A stretch of 57,123 nt of DNA, the filler included, from Bipalium vagum (lineage: Eukaryota), in the NCBI GenBank assembly GCA_037834085.1. It is 3 parts of 3 records of this genome, joined end to end, with 100 filler letters (N's around TTAATTAATTAA, not from the genome) between each part and the next. Parts side by side here need not be neighbours in the genome. Positions count along the whole stretch, not along the records: positions 1 to 25,429 come from JBBMKC010194275.1; 2 more parts are not named here. One strand, given 5' to 3'. Of the stretch, positions 1 to 14,529 are shown in pieces. Numbering within the stretch: position 1 is the stretch's first letter; each line of letters opens with the position of its first letter. The notes below the pieces were generated by a model, which worked only from the letters and a program-made list of their open reading frames with translations, made no database searches and was not told where the DNA came from. The translations under genes were made by a program, and so were the position numbers.

Positions 1-75
1 TCGATTTAACGAAACTTTGATATAACGAAGTAATTTGATCGGTCCCTTGAAATTCGTTATATTGAGACTGAACTG
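1..75. mobile_element. Right end of a pogo/Tigger-type MITE (second copy of 24703-24981)
   Basis: 74/75 nt identical to 24907-24981; ends ...GAGACTGAACTG followed by TA. Confidence 0.85.
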
Positions 76-268
76 TATTTACAATTTTGAAGTGTAATAA
101 ATCTTTAAATATTTAGTTTTGTTTAGCTGAACTATTGCTACCTTAAGGTTGACATGTTAAATTTAATTTTGATTTTTTTTAATTTTTTTTTAATTTTTAA
201 ATTTAAATTTGATTTTTCTACTTATTAAAACATAATATAAAAAGAAATTTTAAGTAAGCAAAAATTAC

Positions 269-449
269 CGAATCTTTTGGCTCTAAAATGGAATGAGAAC
301 ACACTGGAATCGGAACATGACCTAATTCGAACGACTGCATCAAATCACGCGGAACTGACCATCCGTAAAGCTGAGATCGGTTTAAGTCTTCTTTGAAAAT
401 GAAGCACTTCTGGCTTTTAAATTGCGATTTTTTTGTCGGTCTTTTGAAA
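269..449 (-). CDS. MAPK8IP3: JIP3/4 exon ([17 protein letters not shown]...[17 protein letters not shown])
   Basis: Matches JIP3 DDGRLQACGWSLP...NVPVPVYCRPL; ttttcttttcag acceptor, TCG|gtaatt donor. Confidence 0.88.
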
Positions 450-3400
450 CTGAAAAGAAAATCGATATCAAAAAATACGCCTCAGCGAGTCGAAACCACA
501 ACTTTTTAATTTCCTTTAAGAATTCCGCAAAAACATTAGAAAAATTATTAATTATTATAACGTTTTTCAAAAATAGTACGTTTATATATTTTTTAATAAA
601 TACAACGGAATAAAGAAAGAAGAACTTGGACGTTACAATTTCGATATTATGCTAAAGAATTTAGGTCACGTACACCCTCTCCGAATTCTAAATGTGCAAC
701 ATTTAAATTATCCTAGACACTTCTTCAGACATCAATTCTGATTACTACAATAATCTAAGCGTAACTTTCGGAATATTTCAAGCAAGGTTTATTTGTAAAG
801 ACAGATACATCTTACAAATAATATTTTATACTTAACAATTTCTGATTTTTTCGCACCCATGTAATAAATATCGTTAATTTCTCTTCGAAATGAGTTTCAA
901 TGGTAAGGTTGACCGGTATGATAAATATGGTATCAGTGTAAATAAAAGTCAAAGAGAAAAGTGATACGTACATTTATACCATTATTGTAAATAAGAATGT
1001 CTTTATCTGATCGAATCTAAGAACAAAATAGAAAATTCAGGTATTTTGAGATGGACAAGCTAGTTTGATTATTGAAATCTTTAATATGATTTCTAAACAG
1101 GACGGCTAATTCGGAATTCTTACTAGCGTTTTTAAATCGAATGATTAAATTAAAAACGAGAAATTAAAAAGACTTTCCAATGAAAAATCAAAAAGAAATA
1201 TGGTGACATTGTTTTCCTATTTCAAAGCTTCAACGCTTAAAGACACACGTGAAGTGTCGGATCTAAATACTACAAAAACATTAGCTCACTCTAAAGTCAG
1301 ATTTTCTCTCCGTTTATCTTCAACCGACAATTCCTCGTCCTGCTTCAGAAGACCTCGGAAACTGAAAAATCCACATCAAATAACATCAATGAGATATTGA
1401 TTACAATTCCATTATTCCTGACTGCGGTTTTATTCTTGTTTCCATCATAAGTTCAGGATGTTGTCGACTTGCTCTAACCATTTCTGTATATTTCAGTGCA
1501 TCTTGTAACTCTAATAGCTTCTCTTTAAATTGATTCCTTTCCTTTAGAAGGATGGCCATTTCTACTCTTGTAAACTTTTTATTCTAATCAAAAAATGAAG
1601 ATAAAAACTGTAATTATTTCAAAGCAGTTATTTAGTTCTGATGAGTTTAAGAAAAAAAGTAAACAAACATGCTCGACAAAAAGAAAATTTTTATTTAAAA
1701 CATCATGTATTGTTTAAATAAATATCAAAATATTGTAATAACAGTAATAAGGCCGAAATAATAATAATAATAATAATAATAATAATCATTTCTAAAAATT
1801 TAAAATTCTTTTTAGAAAAATATTTAATTTATAATAAAATTTAAATGTGATTATTATTTTAAAAAATGGAGAAAACAATAAATATTAATTATCAATGAGC
1901 CTGTCATTTTAAATTATCTCAATTCCTTTTTGATCAATATTTTAACAGAAAATTGACAGGAATCTAAGATGAGAATAAAACAAATTATAATATATGAACT
2001 AAAAGGAGGTTTGAACACGGTTCTCTTCCAACTAAACTATTGAGACATTTTCATAAAGAAAAATCGAGCAATTTATATTTTTAAAAAATGAGCACTTAGT
2101 AAACGGAAAAGTCAGTGGATTTCAGAAAGACTTCTTATGTAAGCAAGCGACTCATTTGAACAATGGGCATTAAAAAAACATCTAAACCTAAGAAAAACAG
2201 TAAATATATTTGAAGAAGAGGAAGTCATTATGAAATTTTGTGACTCAAGCTTGAAAAAGTAGACCACTCTTGTCCCGTACAAAAGTATAAAAACAAATCA
2301 ATTTTTCTTTTAACAATTAAAGCAATTTGTTATTCTATATATATTTTATTTTTCTGTATTAAATTATTATTTTCAGAAAATCGATAACAAATTTTTAAAA
2401 TAATATTATTATTATTAATATTAATGATAAAAATAAGGTATCAAAATTGAGAGAAATTTTATGTTAATAAAATATTATTATTAATCTACATTAATTAACG
2501 ATTTTCAAGATCTGTAGTGGGATCGTAAAAATAATATTCTTGTGCAATTATATACAACGAAATAAAAAATATACAGAAGCAAACAATGCGGAATCGATGG
2601 TAATTGAAACTGACGGGTGTAAAATATGTCAATTGTAGAAAAATATCTTACTGTGTGGCATGACTTGATGAAATTAAGAGATTTAACTTTCCATCTTCAA
2701 CGCATTGTGTCGTGTTATTTAAATTGACTTATGCAAGAAGTGGATTACTATTTATGATAAGAACATATGTCACGTAACACTTGCATTAAGCAACACGTGT
2801 TAAAAATAAGCAAACATATAAATATATCAGTTACTCCTTCCACGCTTTCCATTTTGGTCTTGAATTCTTCGTTCTGATGTCTTGAGTCCTTTAATTCATG
2901 TTCCAGGTTCGTAATCCGAGCCTTTAAATCAATTTCTCGATTTTCAATGGCTTCTAGTGCTCCCTTCATCATATCATTTTCACTAAAATATATTATACAT
3001 TTCAATCATAATATTGCTCAACACATAAATAGATCATCAAATTCCATAAAATTTATCCATAAATAACAAGTTTTTGGTCTTTTTTCTTTATTCAAAAAGT
3101 TTTGATTAGCGATCATTATTTACTGAGAAATGGGTAAAAATTTTCCAACAAATTTCTAATAATGTTTTAGAAATACTTTGTCAATTATGTAGATACCCTC
3201 AACAAACTGGAAATATAGTGTCGATAAAAAATTTTAAATTCATAAAATGAGTAAAATTTCTTCATTGACTTTTTCAGAAAATTGAAAAAGAAAAGATTGT
3301 TTTTTGAAAAAAAATCTTTTTGAGTCAACTGAATAATCAATATTCCTAAAGAACTCGTAGAAAAAATAATCATTTTTAATTCTAAAATTTCGCTTTATTT

Positions 3401-6400
3401 CCTTAAATTTAATTAATGATATTTTCAACACAGTTAAATAATTTATTTTTAAAATATTTTTCTAAAAATTTTTATTTCTAGTAAGAATTTGAAAAATATT
3501 TTGAAATAATAATTTAATAAAAATCTATTACAAATCACTAAGTAATCCCAATAAATTAGAGAAATATCTTTTGATAAAATCAATACAATATAAAAATGTA
3601 CATAAGCCCATAAAAATCAATGAACATTATGTTTTTAATTAATGGGATCTTAATTATCTACACATAATAACATTTCAATTTGCTTTTACAAAAATTTTTA
3701 TAATTTCTATCACATTCAAAAAGTTATTTTTAAAATGCATCTAACATTATTTTAAAAAATAAACACAATAAAAATGAATTTAAAAATTAAGTGTTCAAAT
3801 AATAATAATAATACTAAAAAAAAGTAACTAAAAAATCCGTTGTGTTGAATCATGAATAATTGTGACAAAAATCTCATATAAGTTCCTTGTAATAGACAAT
3901 CAAAGGTTCCTTTTTGTTGTGCGTCAGTTTTATGATAATCAAAAAATGAGATTTGTAAATATAAATATTAAAATTAAATATTAAATTTAAAGAAATTGAT
4001 TGCAGATTAAAGGAATGGATTGATATAGTCGAAATAAGTGGAGGGATTTATAACGATTCTATATTACAAACAAAAGCATTAAGAGAATTTAACGCATGGT
4101 TAATGGAGCTTGACGAAGTTACAGACAGAATTTCGTAAAATTTTACTAATTTTCGATAACTGTCCAAGTCATAAAATTACATATTCAACTAAATTTATTG
4201 AAATTCTTTTTCTTCCAAAAAATTCAACAACTAGACTTCAACCGTTGGATTCCGGAATAATAAAAATTTTTAAACCAAAATATTATCATCATCTTCTATT
4301 ATATATTGTCAATAAAATATCATCAGAAAAACATGTTGAATCGTTGTTTAAAGAAATAACTCTAAAAGATGCTATTATTTAAGTGGCATATGGTTGGAAA
4401 GGTATTAAGTTTACAAACAGTATTAAATTATTTTCATGAATTAAAATCATACGTAGTAAGTTTAGATAATCTTACAAGTGGTGACATTATTTCCCTAATG
4501 AATATTGAAAAAGTCATTAATAAGCAAACGTTAAACAGCAAGCAAAAGATAATTATACATTACTTTCCGAAGGAATGAAAAAATTGTATTATAAATAAAT
4601 ATTTGTGGATTTTTAAAGAATTTTTTTATCTCTATCAGTGTGTCATATTTATTATGTAATCATTTTCCATCTAATTTTTGCCAAATTCAAATTTTTTAAG
4701 GTTCCTGATTGTGGTAAATGTTAGAGGGTAGACTGTATTTTCAAATATGTGATATTCATAAAAATAAAGTTTTCAAAACCCTTGAAAGCTCGCTTCATTG
4801 AATTAAATATTATAAAAATACGATTAAAACAAATTATTGAGACATTGCCTCTCACTTACCTTGTTAAGCAATCAACCTGTTTGATCAAATCATCTTTGAC
4901 AATATTTAGAGCGTTTCTGAAAAGATGAAATGAAACTACAGACTTAAACTCTTAAAAAAAAACTTGGTTTCTACTAATTCCTGATTTTCTTTGATCATGT
5001 TTTCAATTTCTTTCCCAACGCCTAAAACAAAAGAGAGGGTACATTAGCAACATGCCTTTCAAAATCAATTACTCAAATGAAGCTGCAAAACATAATTGGC
5101 CAGAAAATCAATGATAATAAGCGTCTTGAACTTTCTATTTGTTATTTTTACGCTCGTAATCAAATTTAATAAGAATACGCTCATTCATTACATTTGCTAA
5201 TTTTATTATTTGTTTAAATTAATGGCAGAAAAAGTGGAGGAAAACATATTTAATTCTTAAAAATAATAATTCAATAGATTGGTAACCCAATATGATTTTC
5301 AATACAGGATCCGCCAGCAAAATGTGGATAAGGTTTATGATAATGAGAAACATAAAATTTAATTAATCTGAATTTAAGATATTTGTTTTAATCTTTATAA
5401 ATCCGCATTATTTGAAAATCATAATAATAGAAAAATGACATCAGAATTTAATGGAAGGGGGCTCCGAGCAAGAAGGTCGTTCACCGAAATTATTTATTTT
5501 TACAGATATTCATAGTCCACCGTATATGACACTACACAAAAGTATTCAGTTGTGCTTATGTCCGAAGAAGATCCTGCTAATCCAACTAGGAAAATTCACA
5601 CAAAGGAGAGGAAAGCAAGGACCCAAAACATTATCCAAAGAGCCGAAAACCTAATCAGCAACGATCCGGTGATATTAATAGCAACACTGTCGATTATTTT
5701 AAACGTCATTGAAACTTCCCTATGTGGCTGAACAGGATATAGATACTAGTCCTACGCTTTAAAGGTGCGACAGATTCTGTCTAAAGCTATCAAATCGAAA
5801 AGAATTACTAAATGCAAATTTTAGTTGTCCTTATTAAAACACGGGCTACTGGTTGTAAAAAGTTTTTCTCTGATGAGAAGATTTTTGCCCTAGATGCCAA
5901 AATGAACAAGTGAAACCACCGATCACTTGCTCACGATCCCAAAGTAGTGGGTTAGACAACATTTTCTTTGAACCTTCATGTGTTAAACGTTGTTTCAGGT
6001 GAGCGTAATGTCAAGTCATTATATTTCTTTGCATCATCTAGCTTTGGGTTCTGATTTCGACAGTACAGACTTGGATTACTTCTGTAGCTGTTGGAATTTT
6101 ATGTTTTTAACAGTAATATGGCCTTCAAATAGTCCAGATTTAATCCTTTAGACTATTTCGTCTGAGGCCTTATTGAAAGAGTTTCTTACAAGTATAGCCA
6201 CCATTCTCAATAAATCAGATCTTCAAAAACATACTGTATCAGCATTCAACAATTTGGACAGGCAGCAGATAAAAAATCATGTTCATACTAACGGCAAAGA
6301 TTAGAAAGTGTGGTTGCGGTAGAAGGATACTACATAGAATAAAATTACAAAGCGGTAACACTTTAACTAAAATATTGTTATTTGTTATATTAACTTATTT

Positions 6401-7934
6401 TTTAAAAATACATCTGTGGTTGTTATAATTTTGTTTCCTTTGAGTTGATTTTGCTGGAGGACTCTGTGTATTATGAAAACCTGTGAAAATGAAACTTTGT
6501 GCAGAAATCAATTGATCAAAAAGAAAGATGAGACTTTTACTAATAACTAAGATAAAAATCCAAATATTTTTATTTATGATTTATATTATTGGAATCGAAA
6601 TCGTAAAATAAGGAGGACGTGCCACAATGCAACGCAGCAAAATATATCCCATACACATCTTTAAATCTGTAAAACGAATCGGCTTCATGAAAACAATTCA
6701 TAACAATATTATCAATAAATATTATTATTCCGTAAAAATAAATTAAATCAGCATAAAATAAAAAAGGAAATCCACACCTGACAACATAAAATTACTTACC
6801 GAACTCACTGTCATCGTCACTGTCATTTTGAAAATCTAATCGAAAAGAAAAGCATGCAACCGACGAAGATTTTATGCAAAAAATCATTAAAAGTCATTTG
6901 AGAAAGCTTCGGAACGATTTCCATGAATAAGATCATTTATAATCCGAGAGTGATTTTTGGAACTTAATTGTTACTTATTTTAGAGCCAATTCTCTTAAGT
7001 TTACTTTTAGTAAATTTTTTAACAGAAAAAATTGTTTATTCTTTTGAGAAGTATTCTTTTTCATAATTTGATGAAAATCTGATCAAAAGTAAGAGTGATA
7101 ATTTATTTTGAAGCTTTTAATAATAAAGAGATATCTTTTGTGATTCAAATCTCATATCATTTTAACAGTTTCTTCTTATCATTTCTAATATACCGGGTCC
7201 TTGTTTTTAGATATAAGTAAAGTTCGCTTTTCGTCATTTTTCTGTGACAGTTTGACATTGAAATGTCGATTCATTCACAGACAACAAGAAAAGAATATAT
7301 AATCATTATGAAAGTGCGAAAATTAATAGGCAATTAACCTAAATATATGTCAAGAAATTTAATAATTTACCCTTAATATATTAATACTTATTTTATCAAA
7401 AATTGCAATCGCACATATTAGTCTAATTGGTTTTTTTTATATGAAAGATACCTTATCCCGATCCCGTGTTAATAATTATTCATATAACTTCATATATTGA
7501 TAAAAAAAATAAATAATAATTACATTTTATTGTGTTGAATACAACTTTTATATACTCGTAATAGTAATATAATATTAATATAATAATTAATTAATAATAA
7601 ATATTATTGAGATTCTTCTTTTATAATTTTTTAAATGATTATTAGTCAACTACAATATTTTCTTTTATTAATGATTTGAAAACAAATTTCATTTTAAATA
7701 AAATTCACCAAACTTATAATAATCATTAAAATGTCTAATTTTAATTATTTTCCAAAATGGTTTTCATCCATGATCAATTGATTTCAATGAACTTAAGCGA
7801 GAGACCAAGTGATGAAATAATAAAATACTTTATTAAATCTGTTTTCAGTTTCAGAAATATGTATTATTTAACTCAAGGTTAATTCATAAGAAGGAGTTTG
7901 TTAATCTATTTTAACATTAATATTTATTTATTAG

Positions 7935-7999
<65 letters not shown>

Positions 8000-10900
8000 T
8001 GTTGTTGTTATTGATTGAAACTGAAATAAAATATTTATTAAAAGAAATAATGAAACCTGTTGAAATAACTATCCATAATGCAACACCATAATGCCTTCAT
8101 AATGTAACACCATAATGCTTCCATAATGCAACACAAAAATGTTTAAAATGTCATGCATAAAAATTAAGTTCAACAACCATACCTTTCACAAAGAAGCTTC
8201 GTGACAAGGAGTTAAGAGACTCTGGTAAATCAATATATCAATATAAAACAAATGAAAATATTTTAATTTAATATGTTGATAGAACGATTGGAATCGTAGG
8301 CTGTTAGATTAAAATAATATTTGTTTTGGTGGCTTTCAAGTATTCCATAATGAAAAGTGCTATAAAAATGTTGAAAGAAAAAAAAATTTGAATATGAAGG
8401 AATTTAGCAAACTTTAATTCTTAATTGTAAAAGTCTACATAAAGTGATTTATTTTTTTAGAAAGAATTAAATAATCTTTAAGTAGTTAATTTTAAAATAG
8501 AATTATGGTAAAACTCCAATCCATTACAATAATCATAGGAAAATAAAAAGTTGAGTTTTAATCTGTTATGGAACAATATGAGGTTGGTTGTTTTCGAAAA
8601 TATTTTCAAGTTACCAATGAATTTTCAGAAACTTAAAATTAATAATAAGATTTTATACAAAAATAATTTTTAGTAATAACTTTTGTAAGAGATCTATATT
8701 TACTTTTTTGAAAAAAAGAACAATGGTCGAAACAGTAAATTATTAAAACAAAAATACATTTTAAAAGTAAAATAATTTGACATGTGTAGTTTTGGGTACA
8801 TTTTTAAAATTCATTAGTGATTTTCTTGGAAAATTGGATCATGCTTTTTTCACCCAAATATTTTTAATGTTATCTTTAACCCATAAAATTTTTTCAAGAT
8901 TTTTTAATCCAATGAGTGAAAAAAAACGTGGTCTGAAAAATTGTAATTTTAGTTTTAAAAAAAGCCACAGTTATATTTATTTACAACTTATACAAATCAC
9001 CCTTGGAAAGAAATATACATTATAGAGGGAAGGTATGAATCACAAAAAACACAAAAAATCAATAACGGTGAAAAATTGAGAATTGATCTGTACAAAACTA
9101 CTACAGAAATTAAATAGATTATAATTAACCAATGAAATAGAAGGGATTTTGGAAAGATCTCAATTTTAAATCTTAAATTGAAAAAACTATTTTTATCATA
9201 TAATTATATATATAATTATATATTAATGATAAATTTCAATAATAATTAAAACATGTTGATGAAGCAGAATATTTTTTATTAAAGATATAGAAAAGAAAAA
9301 ATCAAAAAAATACAAACTATTTTTCAGAAAATAACAATGAATTAAATTTTATAAATCCTACTTATGTTCGAAAAAATCAATTTTTAAATTCCAATTCCAT
9401 GTTTAAAACAAATTGGTAAAATCCAATATAATTTTTACTTGCTTGTTTATTGCTTTAAAATATTTTTATTTTATTTTGCAATACTAAAATTATTAAGATT
9501 GCTTTCCTAATAAAAATACCTATAATCTGAAAAACTTTAAGATATCGATTATTATTTTATTCATTTTCATTACTAAACTACAAATATAACTTTTAATTTT
9601 CTAAAAATGTTCCATTTAAAAGACTTCCAGATTCTTTTACTCGCTTTAATTGAATATCATTAGTACATTAAATATCAAAATATTATGAGAATAAAAGAAT
9701 ATATTTTCTTATAAGTTATTATGATCGATAATAAATAAAGTACCATAAAAGATAAAAAAGTAAGTCGGTCGGAGAGATTATAATGATAATAATTGGTGAT
9801 GATCAATTTTGTTTCAAAAGGATAAAAACTGGAGATTTATTATAAAAAATAATATAAAGAGATTAAAATAACGAAATTTATAAATTATTATTATAAATTA
9901 ATAATAGCTATGAAGTAAAATTCTAGCATATAATTTCTGAAGATCTTTTTGATGAAAATTGTAATTATTATATATAAAAATAAAATACTTACGATCAATA
10001 AAAAAAGATCTTAATTAACGAATAAGTCTCGTTTTGAATACATTTTTCACTATTTAAGATTGTCAATTTAAAATAAATAATATATTAATATTCATTAATG
10101 AAATCAGTAATTTGAATTTGAAAATTGATAAAAAATAAAGTGCAATATAACTTATATTAATAAAAAATTTTGTGAAGATATTATTATTCAATAAAAAAAA
10201 TATTTCAAGTGTTCATCTAAAAACATTAGTGTAATCTGTTTTTTAATGTCTTGTATTATGAATATTGAGACATTTATAATAAGAATTTATACTATGTGAT
10301 ATATGTAAAAATGTTAAGAATGGATTGTTGTTAATCCATAATAATCATTATTACGGAAGAAGAGTTTAAAATATCCCAAGGGTCACAGAAATTATTTATA
10401 GATGAATTTATCTAATGATTAATTGATTTATTATTGCAGAGCTTAAGTAGACTTTAAATAACTGTTCATATCATTATTTTATTTATAAATGTCGAATAAA
10501 AATATAAATTAAGTATTATTAAATTTTCAAATATTATAAATAGAAATAATAAAAATATTACTAATTCATAACAACTATATTAGATTTCTGAGTATAATTT
10601 TATCAATACAATAATACTTTAGGTCATTAAATTATTATTAATTAAAACCATGTCAATTCAGATAAGAGGTATTAATTTTGTAATCGAAATTCATGTTCAT
10701 ATTTTCAAAATCAAATCTTTGAAATTAATGAATCCTTTTATAAAAATCTTTTTTATAACAGAAATATTTAATATAAATATTAAAATGTCTAATTTTCGTT
10801 AACCGGACGACCTAGAAAAGTAGAGATAAGTGATTCATATATAGTACACATCACTTGCAGTTGATAATGATAACTTAAAGATCTTGATCAAGCTAGATTC

Positions 10901-13900
10901 ACATACACTGCTCGGGAGCTTGTCAAAAGACTAGGAATCAGTTACTGAACAATTCCACATTACCTCCAATAATTTGGGAAAACATTGAACCTCAGTAAAT
11001 GGATAGCTCATGAATAGAACAATTTTTAAAAAATCGACTATAAAATATGCTCCAAACTTCGCATTGTGACCTGTCATGAAAAATAGACTGCCTATGACAA
11101 CCGGTGGTTGTCATCACAATGACTGATGTTGGCAAAATGTAACATCATTTCTCAAAACTGAGATTATATCAAAAGACTATGTCGTAGGTTGGCTGGTCTA
11201 AGGTTGGTCTGATTCACTGCAGTTTTTTAAATCGAGGAAAGACTATGACATCAGAACGATATTTCAAGAAATTGACGAATAGAAAATCTTCAACCACACC
11301 GCTAATGTTCAGAATACCTTCCATGAGTTTATCCATTTCTACATCATTGTAATAAATAAACTTATTTCGCGCCTGAATCTTCTGAGATTTTTAATAATAC
11401 AATTGTCGATTAAAAAATCCAATTATTTTCTTACTAGCTTAATATAATTAATTTTCTTTGCTCAATTTTAATTAATCCCTTTTCCAAAATTAACATGAGT
11501 TTACTATAATTAAAAAGAAAGTCACTTTCATTGCCCATTCCAAAGTTTTATCTAGCTCATTTGACCAAATGTAAACATTGATTGTGCATGATAAATGTAA
11601 ATAAAGTTCAACAGAATAACATAAATCGATTGTTTTAATTTTATAATGATTAGTGTAATTAATCGATAATATGGATAACATTAAACAAAAATTGGCACAG
11701 AGGTAATGTTCTACACTTAATTTTATGATTAGTTGAACACGAAAGTCAGGTTTGAGAGTGCTTATTGTCTCTACAAAGTTGAAAAACAAATCAAAGAACG
11801 ACAGCTCTGGACTAAATGTTCATAAAAATTTGCAGGAAGATTACAGTTATTTTCAATTTTAGGTCATTCTTCTTAGTTTTGTCTTAATTATTACTAATCA
11901 AACCATATGGCATAACATGTTTATTTTTTCATTATAGATAATCAATTTCTACATTAAATATAACGATGATTTGTTTGGCTTATTTAACGAATGTTATATT
12001 GTTAAAGTAATATATTTTTCTAATACAGTCAGACCTGTATATAGGAAACACTATAGTTCACAAAATTTAGCTTGTTCTTTTTTATAAGTTATAAGAAACA
12101 ATTAAGTAACGATTTTTATTATCCAATGAAAAAACAAGATGTTCTTAATTCCTAATTAAGTAATCAAACATCGTAAGACTTGTGATTTTCATGTTTGACT
12201 TTGTATATTATGTTAAATTTATCTGGAATATTTTTCAGAAAAAAATTTTCTATTTTCAGAGTTGCCAAATATGCATCTAATGGAGTTATATTGTTATTTT
12301 CAGAGAGTAAATTTTGTACTGGCTTCTTTAGAGTCACTTTCACCTGAAATTTCCGCATAATTTTAGAAATTAGGTCATCATCGTCAAATTCCAATGGATC
12401 ATTGTTCCCTGCGTTTTTGATAGAATGATTGAAGGAATTAATAATTACTCGGGAGAAACATTCTCCCATGCTTGTATTGTGAAACTGCGTCTATCAATTT
12501 TTAACATTTTTAAATGTTATGACGTGTCTTAAATGAAGAAAGTCATCCAAAAGATGCTGTAAAAGACTTTGAAAAAATACAGATAACTAACTGTCACATA
12601 CACTTGCCACAATTTGCCACAAGGTGATTATGATGATGGAAAAGAAGCATCAATATCTTACCAAGTTGAATAAAATCAAATTTAGGAATTTAATGTGCCT
12701 TTGAATTTTTCTATTTTTCCTTTCAAATGACTTTTAAAAATGGCAATATTCAAATAAGATTTAATAAATTTCATTTTAGAATATCTAACGTATCAAATTC
12801 CAGTCACAGATAATATATTGAATATCATTAAATCTATTTATTATAAGTCTAAGTATTACAAAACTATATTATGCCACTAAATTGAATTTCCAACGACAAA
12901 TGAATAAGCTGAGGAATTTTCAAAACTTTTAATGATTTAGCTGGCTGAAAGATACAGTTTTATGTCCGCAATATTAATAGTGATTTATGGGAATATTTCA
13001 CTGACGAAAAAAATGAGAGTTGATGGATAATAAAATTCTAAAAATTCCATACAGACTTAAGATTTCCATGTTATTTGATTGTTTGTTAGTAATATAAAGA
13101 AATAATACCAATAGGGATTGAGAAACTCAAATCCTCTGCAACACAATATACTATTAAAGAATTCTTCAAACTGCAAATTTTAAAGGTTCTTGGAATTCAA
13201 AATATTAATGCCAAATACTTAGAGAATCGATTTTTGAGAAATAAGATAAACCATAACTACTGGGCAGAAATGAGAAGAATCATGTAGAATATCTTGGAAT
13301 TGTGAACTTGGTTACTACTTCTTTTTAAGTCAAATAAATATAGATTTATAGATTTTATGACATTTTTAAGAACCTATGGAATATGACTTTGGTCAATACA
13401 AAACAATTGATTCTTCAGTGATTTCAAAGAACAACCAAGTTCGTTTGCTATTTAAACAATGTGTTAGTAGGTTTTAGGTTTGACCTATCCACAGTATACA
13501 GGGTTACAGAAAGAAATTCGATTTCATGATTATTAATTGGGACGACATTCGTCGTACTGAGGATCCAAAAATGTAAGTTAAAAAATGAATTTATCTGACT
13601 TTTAGATCTTTAAAATAGCTATAGATCTGATATAAGTAGATATAAGATCCGATATGATAAGGAAAATTTTCAATCTTAAACAGATACTGAGTTATACAAT
13701 GAAAAACGTTTATCGTCCTTAAGTCGAAAATGATTCAATTTCAGTAAAAAGTTTAATAAATTTAAAGATTACCTGTGCAGTGGTCCATAATTTTTTAAAA
13801 TATCATTGACTTCATAAAACCACAATAATTTTATTTTATTTTTCAGTAAATTTATTTTTTATTAAATATATTAATAAAATTGTTCGGGTTTAATTATTTC

Positions 13901-14464
13901 AATTAAAAGTGTTGACACTATTGTTTGATAACAAAAATTTAGAAGAATTTTACTTTTTCTTAGAGAAATAATCAATTTTAAATTTAGCAAAAAGTGATTT
14001 TAAAAATTTTAATTTTATTTTTAAAAACCAAAATCGAAAATAAAGTGCTATGAAACATTTTAGAGAAATTCCTTAATAATGCAAATAATATTATTTCTCA
14101 ATAATATTATAAGGATTTCATAAAAAATAGATTTCATTAAAAAAAATTAATTTTAAAAACTATTATATATTTCTAAAACAGAAAATCATTTGAAAAATAG
14201 ACACAGAAAGAACACGTGATTATTTTATTGATTTATAAGTTTTCACTTCCAGAAATTCAAATATTTATGATATTTGCCAATATATCGAAAAATCCAATAT
14301 TATCCTTTTTTTCATGAGAATAAATACAAGTTTTATCAATTTGAAATCTATGAAAAAAATGTTCCATGGCAAATTTATGTGAAGATCATAATTTAAATTT
14401 ATTTCACAAAGGTCAATAAATTCACGAATGTTGTCTCATGGTCATTAAAAGAATTAAATAAAAG

Positions 14465-14529
<65 letters not shown>

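Noticed and set aside
1286-1290. In-frame TGA suggesting a short RILP-like JIP3 without the C-terminal domain
   Set aside because: The TGA overlaps a GA|gtgagc donor, and a phase-compatible conserved exon exists at 449-269
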